Shown here piece after piece: positions 1 through 8,889 of a stretch of 60,805 nt of DNA. The stretch lies in the NCBI GenBank assembly GCA_045559735.1, contig JBJLJN010000019.1, positions 1 through 60,805 on the forward strand, read 5' to 3'. The stretch's first letter is position 1. Every line of letters begins with the position of its first letter. Position numbers and translations under genes: made by a program. The stretch is from Candidatus Thalassarchaeum sp. (GTDB lineage Archaea; Thermoplasmatota; Poseidoniia; Poseidoniales; Thalassarchaeaceae). The notes beneath the pieces were generated by a model, which had not been told where the DNA came from, searched no databases, and saw nothing but the letters and a program-made list of their open reading frames with translations.

Positions 1-78
1 TGGTGCTCGTGCCGGGATTTGAACCCGGGTCGACGGATCGAGAGTCCGTCATGATGGACCGAACTACACCACACGAGC
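1..78 (-). tRNA. tRNA-Glu (anticodon CUC), CCA encoded
   Basis: Reverse complement reads GCTCGTG-TG-GTGTAGTTCGGTCCATCAT-G-ACGGA-CTCTCGA-TCCGT-CGAC-CCGGG-TTCAAAT-CCCGG-CACGAGC-A-CCA. It has a 7-bp acceptor stem, a 5-bp anticodon stem, a 7-nt loop with CTC at positions 34-36, and a canonical T-arm. Confidence 0.9.
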
Positions 79-486
79 GCGGTTCACAGCCACCGCCCTC
101 TGACTTATGAAAACAGTGGATAGGGAGCCGGTTACACGTAACCGTTCACTTTCACTTTCAGTATTCGGGCCTATTCCCTTGCTTGATATGCAGAAGCCAT
201 CACATAGGGCCATGAATGGAACACCGAACACAGGAACGGCACTTCTCTACAGGAAGCGCCCAGAGCCTTGCAGGGTAGTCTCACTGGCCACCCTGAGAAG
301 AACGAACGCAAGCATCAGACCACATTCGAGACCTGAGCTGGTGAGCAACACGGGGGTGGTTTCTGCCACCAACTCTTGGATGCCAATGCCTCTCCTGGCC
401 GCACCAGTGAATGTCTCGCCTTCAAGTTGGAAGGGTCTGCAAGACAGGGTCCGAGCCAGTCATGCAACGACAACGGTGGTGGCCTG

Positions 487-741
487 ATGTCGAAGACTAG
501 GAGACTGCGTGAGGAGGTCAGGACCTATCTCGAGGAGAATGATACTGCTAACACTGTCGAGATATTCGACCACTTGAACGACAGGTTCCGCTGGGGAGCC
601 ACCATGAATCAGGTCGGTAACATCCTTGCCAAGGACTTGAGATTCTCCAAGATTGGACATGTCCGTGGTCGTTTCAGAGGTAGTACATACACCGTCTGCG
701 TCTGGGGCCTGTCCCATCAAGCCCCACAAGCCGCAGCTTAG
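487..741 (+). CDS. Small hypothetical protein (84 aa), possibly winged-helix-like
   Basis: This is the ATG-initiated inner part of track ORF 376..741 (MSKTRRLREEVRTYLEENDTANTVEIFDHLNDRF...). Its composition is protein-like, unlike the upstream extension. I recognise no family. Confidence 0.35.
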   Translation: MSKTRRLREEVRTYLEENDTANTVEIFDHLNDRFRWGATMNQVGNILAKDLRFSKIGHVRGRFRGSTYTVCVWGLSHQAPQAAA

Positions 742-781
742 GCAGGGAAGGAATCAAGGCAGGATAGCCCCGAGTAGAGGC

Positions 782-1684
782 GTGAGGCGTAGTCACCTTG
801 GATCGTGGATAATCCTGTTCAGAGCGGGAAATTCGACTACCGGGGTATTCGGAGTCTTCCTAGGTGCCATGCTGGCACTTGGGGGATTGCCCAGTGGAGA
901 TCTAGCTACAATCTGCGTATTGCAAGCTGCTTCGGTGTGGTCTTTCATGTGTTCTTGGAACGCTCTGAACGATTACCTCGACATAGAGATCGATAAAGTA
1001 AACAGGCCGAGCAGGCCACTGCCCTCGGGAGAGATTTCCATCGATACCGCTCGGAAGGGCATTGTGGTGATGATGGCTATTTCGATACTCTCGATATTCG
1101 CTGCCATGAAAATGGTCATGGATATTAGAGGCGACTTGCAAGATTGGTATCCAGCCTTAATAATCTGGGTTGCCGCCCTGTTTTTGCTAGTGAATTACGA
1201 GTCTGCAGGGAACTACAGTATGCGACTGAAGGACAGAGGGCTACCAGGGAATTTGGCTATCAGTCTCTCTGTAGGTATGGTGGTACTATTCGGTGCAGCC
1301 GGCGTATTCGAGCCATTCAGTGAGCGAGCTTGGACCATATTCTTCGTTGCCGTCTTGTACAACCTATCGCGTGAGATTGTCAAGGACATAGAGGATGTGG
1401 AGGGAGACGAGGGTAGGCACACGTATGCCATGAGAGTAGGGTCTCAGAAGGCTAGGGCTGTGGCATGGGTCTTGCTGTTAATCACCTTACTATCCATCCT
1501 ACTGCCGTTTGGAATAGGAATCTTCCCAGAACTCCACCTGATTGCTGTGATTCCAGCAGTAGTGATGCTACTGATGGTCAAGCCGAAACTCATGACAGGT
1601 GAGGACAGGGCAGCTCAGATGTTAATCAAGAGGTCGATGTATCTGGCCCTAGCTGCACTACTAGGGAGCTCACTGCTTGGTTAA
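782..1684 (+). CDS. UbiA-family prenyltransferase, probably digeranylgeranylglyceryl phosphate (DGGGP) synthase
   Basis: Carries the first Asp-rich UbiA motif NALNDYLDIEIDKVNRPSRPLPSG and the second, KDIEDVEGDE, in a multi-TM hydrophobic protein. Track ORF 653..1684 starts at a TTG that overlaps the upstream gene. The in-frame GTG at 782, just after the upstream stop (741), keeps the conserved N-terminal helix (WIILFRAGNSTTGVFGVFLGA). The start is uncertain. Confidence 0.65.
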   Translation: MRRSHLGSWIILFRAGNSTTGVFGVFLGAMLALGGLPSGDLATICVLQAASVWSFMCSWNALNDYLDIEIDKVNRPSRPLPSGEISIDTARKGIVVMMAISILSIFAAMKMVMDIRGDLQDWYPALIIWVAALFLLVNYESAGNYSMRLKDRGLPGNLAISLSVGMVVLFGAAGVFEPFSERAWTIFFVAVLYNLSREIVKDIEDVEGDEGRHTYAMRVGSQKARAVAWVLLLITLLSILLPFGIGIFPELHLIAVIPAVVMLLMVKPKLMTGEDRAAQMLIKRSMYLALAALLGSSLLG

Positions 1685-2641
1685 TCAGAGCAACTCTCGG
1701 AAGCTGTGCCAGGCATCCTCGTTGCACAGCAGAGTGAGCAGAGACATCTGCGCCCACATTCGATTCTCTGCCTGATCGAGAACGACGCTGTTTGAGGAAT
1801 CTATCACCTCGTCAGTGACTTCCTCGCCGCGGTGAGCAGGAAGGCAGTGCATGAACAGGTAGTCGGGATTGGCATGAGCCACTAACTCCTGATTAACTTG
1901 GAAACCATCGAATGCTTCGAATTTGCCCTTCATCTGCTCTTCACCCATGGAGACGAAGATATCCGTATAGATTACTCCGGCACCGGTAACTGCCTCAACG
2001 GGCTCGTTCGAGCCTGAGATGATGGCACCTGTGCTGGAAGCTATTGCCCTCGCTCTTTGTATGACTGCTTCGTTGGGCTCAAATCCTCGCGGAGTGGCAT
2101 ATCGGACATCCCTGCCCAGGCAGACGGATGCAAGTAATAGGTCGTGAAACACGTTGTTTCCGTCACCGACCCATGCAATATGACCGTTGACGGAATCCCC
2201 CTTCTCGACCACAGTCATCAGATCGGCAGCTGCTTGGCAGGGATGATGTAGGTCAGATAGGGCATTTATTACCGGAACAGTGGCATGTCGAGCCAGTTCC
2301 TTGGCATCAGCGTGGTCGAAGCATCTGTATGTGATTCCGTCCAAGAATCGAGACAGGACCGCAGCGGTATCTGCTATAGATTCGCTCTTTCCCAACTGAA
2401 TGTCGTTTGAAAGCAGAGTCAGGGGCTGCCCGCCGAGCTTGCTTACCCCTACTTCGAAGGAAACTCTGGTTCTAGTAGAAGGCTTCTCGTAGATTGAACC
2501 TATTGACATTCCCTCAAGGGGCTTGAAGTCCATAGTCAGCTCTCCGCCGTGCTTGAATGCTATCGCCCAGTCGATGATTTCGCCCAGCTTATCAGCTAGG
2601 TCATCTATTGCCATCAGATCTCTCTTGTCAGCCCTTTTCAT
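1685..2641 (-). CDS. argF: Ornithine carbamoyltransferase
   Basis: Shows the STRTRVSFE carbamoyl-phosphate motif, HPCQ, VSMGEE, and HCLPAHRGEE. HCLPA is the OTCase form, as opposed to HPLPR in ATCase. Confidence 0.85.
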   Translation of the reverse strand: MKRADKRDLMAIDDLADKLGEIIDWAIAFKHGGELTMDFKPLEGMSIGSIYEKPSTRTRVSFEVGVSKLGGQPLTLLSNDIQLGKSESIADTAAVLSRFLDGITYRCFDHADAKELARHATVPVINALSDLHHPCQAAADLMTVVEKGDSVNGHIAWVGDGNNVFHDLLLASVCLGRDVRYATPRGFEPNEAVIQRARAIASSTGAIISGSNEPVEAVTGAGVIYTDIFVSMGEEQMKGKFEAFDGFQVNQELVAHANPDYLFMHCLPAHRGEEVTDEVIDSSNSVVLDQAENRMWAQMSLLTLLCNEDAWHSFRELL

Positions 2642-3506
2642 GCTCTATGTCACCTGCGAATCCATCCCGGGAGTCGGCCATTCCCCCAAATATGGTCTGT
2701 GCGAATGAAAGAACGTCGGCCAGCCCATCCTCATATTCGCTGGACAGCGGCACGAGGCCGGGTTGAATCGAAGCGTGCTGCATCATCCTGAGTTGTCCAA
2801 TAGCGAACTCGGCTCTTTGGCTGCCAGAATTTGGGTCCAGAGCCTGTTGAGACGATTCCTCATACAGTGCAGCCTCCAAAATATCTAGGTTGTCGCCCCA
2901 GTCCATTATCCTCTCTAGCACTTCTGGTTCCAACAAGTCCGACTTGGAGAGAAAGTTTGCAGTTGGCAGACCGAGCCTGAAGTGCACAATTGAGGAGAGA
3001 AGCATCTGCGAGACGAACCCACTCGGGGTCTGCGACAACATAGGGTCGAACAGGAATATCAGACACGCTCTGCCCTGACCAATAACATCGACTAGATGGC
3101 TGGATGCCTCCCTGAAGGCGAACAACTCTACCTGCCCGGGAGTATCTACTACCAACATGTCGCACGAAAGCCCCTCAATCACCTCAAACACATCGTCCGC
3201 CTGAGAGGCCACGAGGTCGGCAGCCAGAATCTGTGCACCGTTTGGCCCCAAGTCGTATTCGTCCATTACATCAGATAGAGAAACGAGCTCCCTGACATCG
3301 AACTCGGGATCGTAGTGTACCCTCTCTGCGCCGGGATCCAGATTAATCGCAAGAACATCGACTTCGAGAAATCTAGACCACCTCTGGAACGCAGTTACGA
3401 GAGAACTCTTGCCTGCGCCAGCTGTTCCCACTACGAATAAGACCGGCGGTGTAGTCCCATCTTGGCTGCTCACGCTCTCGCCCAAGGGCGAGAGGACTTC
3501 AACCAT
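2628..3506 (-). CDS. GPN-loop GTPase
   Basis: Has a P-loop GTAGAGKSS, the eponymous GPN motif (DLGPNGAQI) and the DTPGQVE switch. It overlaps the argF start by 14 nt. Confidence 0.8.
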   Translation of the reverse strand: MVEVLSPLGESVSSQDGTTPPVLFVVGTAGAGKSSLVTAFQRWSRFLEVDVLAINLDPGAERVHYDPEFDVRELVSLSDVMDEYDLGPNGAQILAADLVASQADDVFEVIEGLSCDMLVVDTPGQVELFAFREASSHLVDVIGQGRACLIFLFDPMLSQTPSGFVSQMLLSSIVHFRLGLPTANFLSKSDLLEPEVLERIMDWGDNLDILEAALYEESSQQALDPNSGSQRAEFAIGQLRMMQHASIQPGLVPLSSEYEDGLADVLSFAQTIFGGMADSRDGFAGDIEHEKG

Positions 3507-3592
3507 TCGTGAGCACTATATCCGCCCCGACTCTACACAAGCAACGTTATACCACTCCAAGTATCGTCGAAGGCTACCAATGGAGCCCAAGC

Positions 3593-6187
3593 ATGTCGGA
3601 CGACCCTCCCCCTAATGAGTTCCCTCCGCCACCTCCACCTCCGCCCCCTCCTCCGGGGTTTGAAGAGGATGACGAAGAGGCAGAAGAGCAACCTTCTCCT
3701 GATTTGAGCACACCCCCACCACCCCCGCTTGGATTTGAGTTGTCCGAATCCGAGTCCAACGAGTCCAATCCTCCCTCTACTCCTCCTCCACCGCCCGGGC
3801 TCATGGAGATCGAGGAGAGGGAGATTTTCGAGGATGAGGGGTTGGAGAGAGGCATTGAAGACCTGCACCCCAGTTACTCGGAACCTTCTGAACTCTTCCA
3901 AGAAGGAGGCCAAATCCCCCCTGAGCCACCAATTGATATGATTGATGGTGAAGCATCGTTAGCTGACTCGTTAGTGGCCTTAGACGACTCACTTTCTGAC
4001 TCCAGTGAACCCGAGATAGAATGGTCTGATGCCTTGTCCAAGACGCCTGAGTCGATTTTAGAGGAATCATCTTCGGAATCAATGTCCACCCCTATAGTAA
4101 CTCCCACAACGCACCCATATCTGAGGTCGTCCGCTGAGATAGATGCAATACCCGGTGACAAACTCCATGCAACTCTAAGCGAAATCGAAGAATCTACTCT
4201 GAATCCGGATGGTTCTATTCACCGGCAATCCATCGAGGGAGAGCTGATTCTGAGAAACTCAAGCAAGAAGCATCGGGCCTGGGACATCGAGGTTCTGCTG
4301 TCCTCGACTGATTCCACCGATATCGGAGGTAGATCAATATCGGTCAGGGAGTTAGAGGCTTCTGAAGAGACAACCATCCCCTATTCTGCCAGCGGCCCAA
4401 CAATGCTCGTGATGAGAGAAGTCATTGACACAAACCCAGAGAGAGATCAGGAGGACAGCCAATCTCTTGTATTCTCACAGGAACATCAGGAGATTGAAGT
4501 CCACATCGAGGTTGAGAACTCCTCCTCAGTTTCTCTCTTAGATGTTGAATTAACAAGGAAATTCCCTGAAAACTTTGAGATTCCGGAGGGCCAGCAGTAC
4601 AACGTCTCAGAATCAATCGTCTCTTGGGATATCGGCAGGCTGGCTGCTGGAGAGAGCAGAAAACTCTCTCTGATGCCACGTGTCCTAACTCAAGGCATCG
4701 AGACGTTTTCTGCCGGCTTAACCTCGGCCAACTATAGCTCCGAGGACACCGTCTCCAGAGCCCAGTTCGATAGAGTATCTGGATCCACGCTGCATATGAT
4801 GAGAGTGGACAAGGTCGAGGACGATCGGCCGGGAATTTGGCACTGCAAGTCGGTGTTTGAGAACCGCTCTTCATTCGTTGTGACCCTGTCAGGAGTCACT
4901 GTTTGGCTTTCGGGAAGAGATCAACCCATACTCGATGTATCTGATCTGAGGCAGGATGTTCCCCCCGAAGGCAGTTGGAGCTCGATGGAGAAGAGAGTCG
5001 AGTCCGATACGCCGAGTTTCACCCATGAGTTCAGATCATCCATCCTACCTAGAGTCTCCGTCTCGACCAATGGATCCATCCGCCTCAAGGAACAGGAACT
5101 GACTGTCTTGGAGGCAGAACTCAACAAGCAATATGACATGTCTCGCATCAAGTCATTCTTGCCGGCCGACCTAGAGGCGATAATCACCGTGGAGAACACC
5201 GGCTCGGCCCCAATCAACGTCATGAGACTCATAGATGACGTCCCGGGAATCTTTTCTCCTCCTTTGGAATCTGACGTCAGCATCGAGATTGAGGGGACTG
5301 ACCTCACTGATCAGCAGTACACTATCGAGGTAATCGAAGGTGTTCAGCTCGAGGAGAAAATGATATCTCCTGATGGAAAGGGATACAGCCTCAGAATTAC
5401 TGTGGGGACATCCGCTCCGTTAGGGCTGCAACCGGGCAAGAAGATGGTACTGAGTTATCCGCTGCATGCCCCAGACCCATCTAATTCAAACAAACTGCTG
5501 GCTGCCCCAGTCAGACTCGATTTCGGCTCCGAGAAGTTCGGTCCCGTTGGAACCAGAAATGTCGAGAGACCACCCCAGATCGAGGTAGTCCACAGGCGGC
5601 GTAACATCAGTACCGGAAAAGAGGTCTTCCCGGCAGGGAATTCTGGCAGATACGAGGTCCTATTGATGTTTATCAACAACTCCGACAGCGCCCTTGAAGA
5701 CCTCTCACTGCATGATGTTGTACCGGGAACTTTCTCAATAGAGAAATCCTCTGTTCGATCGTCCATCGGCGGTAATCAGGATACTTCGATGACCAAGGAG
5801 TCCGCTCCCGAAGGGACCCATGTAGAATGGCCGATAGGCAGGATAGAGATGGGAGAGAGGATAGAGGTGACTTATGTCATCCAAGGAGACCCGGAATCAG
5901 AGTACAAGGTCTCAGATGCTCAGGACTTCCACGGAGCTACTTTTGGAGAGGAGGTGGATGAGGAACCAAATCTGCCAAAATGGATCGAAATAGAGGAGGA
6001 AACCGAGCCAGAGCCCGAACCTGAGCCTGAACCTAATCCTGAGCCAGAGCCCGAACCTGAGCCAGAGCCCGAACCTGAGCCAGAGCCCGAACCTGAGCCA
6101 GAGCCTGAAGGAGAGAAGTGCCCCATATGTGGTAATGAGGCCGAAGTAGGGGCTTCCATCTGCGTTGTTTGCAGCTATTCCTTCTGA
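3593..6187 (+). CDS. Hypothetical acidic protein: N-terminal polyproline-GF motifs, repeated Ig-like (DUF11/CARDB-like) modules, (EP)n repeat, C-terminal zinc ribbon
   Basis: Track ORF 3509..6187 starts at a GTG only 2 nt from the divergent GPN gene. The ATG at 3593 ([10 protein letters not shown]) leaves an 86-nt divergent promoter region. I see no signal peptide or TM segment. The motif PPPPPG(F/L) followed by acidic residues occurs three times. Repeated patterns such as [22 protein letters not shown]...[10 protein letters not shown] occur. The C-terminus is EPEPEP...[22 protein letters not shown]. Confidence 0.7.
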   Translation: MSDDPPPNEFPPPPPPPPPPPGFEEDDEEAEEQPSPDLSTPPPPPLGFELSESESNESNPPSTPPPPPGLMEIEEREIFEDEGLERGIEDLHPSYSEPSELFQEGGQIPPEPPIDMIDGEASLADSLVALDDSLSDSSEPEIEWSDALSKTPESILEESSSESMSTPIVTPTTHPYLRSSAEIDAIPGDKLHATLSEIEESTLNPDGSIHRQSIEGELILRNSSKKHRAWDIEVLLSSTDSTDIGGRSISVRELEASEETTIPYSASGPTMLVMREVIDTNPERDQEDSQSLVFSQEHQEIEVHIEVENSSSVSLLDVELTRKFPENFEIPEGQQYNVSESIVSWDIGRLAAGESRKLSLMPRVLTQGIETFSAGLTSANYSSEDTVSRAQFDRVSGSTLHMMRVDKVEDDRPGIWHCKSVFENRSSFVVTLSGVTVWLSGRDQPILDVSDLRQDVPPEGSWSSMEKRVESDTPSFTHEFRSSILPRVSVSTNGSIRLKEQELTVLEAELNKQYDMSRIKSFLPADLEAIITVENTGSAPINVMRLIDDVPGIFSPPLESDVSIEIEGTDLTDQQYTIEVIEGVQLEEKMISPDGKGYSLRITVGTSAPLGLQPGKKMVLSYPLHAPDPSNSNKLLAAPVRLDFGSEKFGPVGTRNVERPPQIEVVHRRRNISTGKEVFPAGNSGRYEVLLMFINNSDSALEDLSLHDVVPGTFSIEKSSVRSSIGGNQDTSMTKESAPEGTHVEWPIGRIEMGERIEVTYVIQGDPESEYKVSDAQDFHGATFGEEVDEEPNLPKWIEIEEETEPEPEPEPEPNPEPEPEPEPEPEPEPEPEPEPEPEGEKCPICGNEAEVGASICVVCSYSF
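6005..6109 (+). repeat. In-frame tandem 18-bp repeat (gagccagagcccgaacct, about 5.8 copies) encoding (EP)n
   Basis: Units read directly at 6005, 6023 (diverged), 6041, 6059, 6077 and 6095 (partial). Three consecutive units are identical. Confidence 0.9.
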
Positions 6188-6252
6188 ACTTCAGTTTGGA
6201 CGCCTATGGCGTCCACCGAAGCGTTCATCCTGCTCACTCCTGACGAAGGCCC

Positions 6253-7179
6253 ATGGCACAACCATCGGGAGGCGATGCTCAGGCACAGGCGATGACATCT
6301 ATGATGTTGCCAATGATAGTGATGATACTAGTCATGTTTCTGATGTATTACATACCTGGCCTGAGAATGTTACTAGCAGATAGCGCTGGTCTGGCTATTG
6401 AGCCCGTACTACCGTTTCACGAGCAGTATTTCGTTCCAACCGTATTCATCGTAGGGGCAAGCATCATGGCAGTTAACACCGTCATCCGCGCTTATTTCAT
6501 CGACCCCATCAAGCAGGCCCACTTCAGTCATAGGCAGCGGCAGGTCTCGAGGCAGATTCGAGAGGCGCAGATGGCCAGGGACACAGCCCGAGTCGAGAAG
6601 ATGCAGAAGCTGCAGATGGAGATGATGCCCGAGCAGCTGGCCAACCAATCTGCAATGATGAGGCCGATGATGTTCACGATAGTATTCATCATAGCCATAT
6701 TCAGTTGGATACAGAGTGAGGTTGAGACTTTCAGAGTCTCCTTCGTCAGCTTACCTTGGGTTCCGATGTGGTCGTTCAACGAGAGAATCCTATGGATCTT
6801 CCCGGCTTGGATTGCGACCTACATCACAATGAGCGCACCCTTATCTAGAATTATCGACCGACATTTGAAGATACTCCGTTTCAGATCACATCCGGTAATT
6901 CTTGCCGCAGACCCCCTTCCTGAGCCCTTGTTGCATCTGATTAAGGAAGACAAGCCGACAAGCAACTCTCGCGAGAGGAGATCCCGGATGGCGCAGCGGA
7001 GGAGGGACGGACCAAGGAAGAGGGGCCAGACGACCGAATCCGAAAAACCCAAGGGAGGAAACATCCACACATCTGCACCCAAAGCTGGAACCATTTGTCC
7101 TGCCTGCTCAACCGACATGGTCTCAAGGAGTGAGAAGGGACGTCTGAGATGTGAAGTCTGCCGTCATGAGTGGAGGTGA
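6253..7179 (+). CDS. DUF106/EMC3-type (archaeal YidC/Oxa1-like) membrane protein with C-terminal basic linker and zinc ribbon
   Basis: Architecture is TM helices, then a charged coiled coil (RQRQVSRQIREAQMARDTARVEKMQKLQMEMMPEQ), then two more TM helices. It sits directly upstream of cmk and cbf5, the conserved archaeal position of DUF106. The C-terminus is RERRSRMAQRRRDGPRKRG...CPACSTDMVSRSEKGRLRCEVCRHEW. Confidence 0.55.
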   Translation: MAQPSGGDAQAQAMTSMMLPMIVMILVMFLMYYIPGLRMLLADSAGLAIEPVLPFHEQYFVPTVFIVGASIMAVNTVIRAYFIDPIKQAHFSHRQRQVSRQIREAQMARDTARVEKMQKLQMEMMPEQLANQSAMMRPMMFTIVFIIAIFSWIQSEVETFRVSFVSLPWVPMWSFNERILWIFPAWIATYITMSAPLSRIIDRHLKILRFRSHPVILAADPLPEPLLHLIKEDKPTSNSRERRSRMAQRRRDGPRKRGQTTESEKPKGGNIHTSAPKAGTICPACSTDMVSRSEKGRLRCEVCRHEWR

Positions 7180-7715
7180 ACATGCTCAGACTTACTGTCA
7201 GTGGCCCACCTGGGAGCGGAACCTCCACTTTGGTAGAGAAGATCTGCCGAAGCAGGAATTGGTCATCACTGAACGGAGGGAGGATATTCCGCGCCGAAGC
7301 ATCCTCCAGAGGCCTCTCGGTAGTGGAATTCAGTGCCCTCTGCAAACAGGACCTGAACGTTGACAGGGCTCTGGATGCGAAGTTGAAGGAGATACTCTCC
7401 AGCCCAGACTCACCAGATGTGGTGGAGAGTCGATTGAGCGGCTGGTGGGCGCATCAGATGGACCTCGACTGCCTGAGAGTTTGGGTCTCCGTATCTGATA
7501 AGGAGAGGGCTATGAGGATTCAGATTAGAGAGGGAGGAGAGTTGGAGGAGAGACTGCAGGAGTCCAAGCAGAGGCAGGCTGACGACAATCAGAGGTACAT
7601 GGAGCTATATGGCATAGACATGAGTGAAATGACACCCTACAATTTGATTATTGATGCAGACGAGATAGATGCAGACGAGGTCTTCCGCTTGGTATCGAAC
7701 GAACTTGGAGGCTAA
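7170..7715 (+). CDS. cmk: Cytidylate kinase, archaeal type
   Basis: N-terminal P-loop LTVSGPPGSGTSTL, about 180 aa, located between the DUF106 gene and cbf5 as in many archaea. An alternative start at 7182 is possible. Confidence 0.6.
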   Translation: MEVNMLRLTVSGPPGSGTSTLVEKICRSRNWSSLNGGRIFRAEASSRGLSVVEFSALCKQDLNVDRALDAKLKEILSSPDSPDVVESRLSGWWAHQMDLDCLRVWVSVSDKERAMRIQIREGGELEERLQESKQRQADDNQRYMELYGIDMSEMTPYNLIIDADEIDADEVFRLVSNELGG

Positions 7716-7716
7716 T

Positions 7717-8694
7717 ATGGAAGAGCCCGAGTTATGGCAGCTATCTGAGCCGGCGACGAATGCTGATTTTGGCTGTCGGCCTTATGAGCGGACCCTCGAT
7801 CAGCTGCTGAAATCCGGAGTTATTCTCGTTGAGAAGCCCCGTGGCCCAACAAGTCACCAGCTCACAGCTTGGGCGAGAAATCTCCTCGGTATCAGCAAGA
7901 TTGGACACGGAGGAACTCTTGACCCATTTGCGACCGGTTTGCTGACTCTGCTTCTCGGTAAGGCGACTCGCCTTACTGACATAGTACTGAGGGGCGACAA
8001 GACGTATGTCGGCGTACTCAGGTTCGGCAGGCCGGTGGATGAGTCGGAACTACAGGAACTCCTCACCAGACTTGAGGGAGTGATCTACAACGTACCTCCC
8101 TTGGAGTCTGCAGTGAAGATTCAAGTCAGGACGCGAACGATCCGTTCCATCAGAGTCGTAGAAGTAGACCCTGCCTCCAGGATTGCCGCATTCGAGGCCT
8201 CTTGCAGTGCTGGGACCTATGTGAGGACCCTCGCCAAGGACATTGGCCTTCTCCTGGGGACCAGTTGTGAGTTGACAGAGTTGCACAGAAGCCAAACTGG
8301 TTCGTTCTCCCAAAGCATGGCCTGCACGATGCAACAACTAGCGGATGCAGCATTTCTGTATCACGAACATGGTGACGGCAGAGCCTTGAGCAGGTTGATT
8401 TCACCTGTCGAGTCGCTATTGGGTGGCCTGCCATCGATTACCATCAAGGACGGGGCTGCCGCCGCACTATCTCACGGCGCCCCTCTAGCAAGGCCAGGAG
8501 TCATAAGTGCGCAGAAAGGAGTCTTAGAGGGAACTATGGTTCATTTGAAAACGGTGAAGGATGAAGCCGTCTCTGTGGCTGTGATGAAGGTTGATTCCGA
8601 TTCACTAAGTGAAATGAAATCAGGAGAGGTAGCAGTCGCCAAATCTGTCTTGATGGAACCAGGGACATATCCACAGAGCTGGTCCAAGGAGTAG
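7717..8694 (+). CDS. cbf5: tRNA/rRNA pseudouridine synthase Cbf5 (H/ACA RNP catalytic subunit, TruB family)
   Basis: Has the catalytic TruB motif GHGGTLDPFATG and a C-terminal PUA-like region. The ATG at 7717 follows the cmk stop (7713-7715). The track ORF start at 7669 would overlap cmk. Confidence 0.85.
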   Translation: MEEPELWQLSEPATNADFGCRPYERTLDQLLKSGVILVEKPRGPTSHQLTAWARNLLGISKIGHGGTLDPFATGLLTLLLGKATRLTDIVLRGDKTYVGVLRFGRPVDESELQELLTRLEGVIYNVPPLESAVKIQVRTRTIRSIRVVEVDPASRIAAFEASCSAGTYVRTLAKDIGLLLGTSCELTELHRSQTGSFSQSMACTMQQLADAAFLYHEHGDGRALSRLISPVESLLGGLPSITIKDGAAAALSHGAPLARPGVISAQKGVLEGTMVHLKTVKDEAVSVAVMKVDSDSLSEMKSGEVAVAKSVLMEPGTYPQSWSKE

Positions 8695-8889
8695 AACTAG
8701 TTGAGTTCGTGCTCCTCGTAAACCCACTCGTCAGTCTCCAGACGAATCTTCAACTTCATCATAATTACACACACCACTGCCCGGGCCTAGACTCGCTCAG
8801 TGTCATTGTTCGAGTTCCTGACTGGTATAATGATTCCCTGAAAATGACCGATTATCGGCCAACGGTATGTCTACAAGGCTTCAAACCGA

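Noticed and set aside
79-486. Possible SRP (7S) RNA, since archaeal 7S genes often sit near tRNAs
   Set aside because: I looked for the helix-8 signature (a GGAA-type tetraloop flanked by ...AGG.CC / GG.AGCA(A/G)C...). I found only a partial GAGCAAC at about 343-349, without a convincing complementary 5' strand or tetraloop. This is not enough to call it.
107-487. 126-aa ORF next to tRNA-Glu
   Set aside because: Its strongly basic R/S/P-rich composition is unlike every credible protein in the window. It is treated as non-coding (see the finding on 79-486).
8695-8889. C/D-box-like elements (AUGAUGA ... CUGA on the minus strand at about 8715-8762) and a 20-aa ORF (MMKLKIRLETDEWVYEEHELN) in the convergent gap after cbf5
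   Set aside because: The box spacing (about 21 nt from C to D, with no clear C'/D' pair or terminal stem) does not fit archaeal C/D sRNAs. The mini-ORF is too short to support without conservation data.
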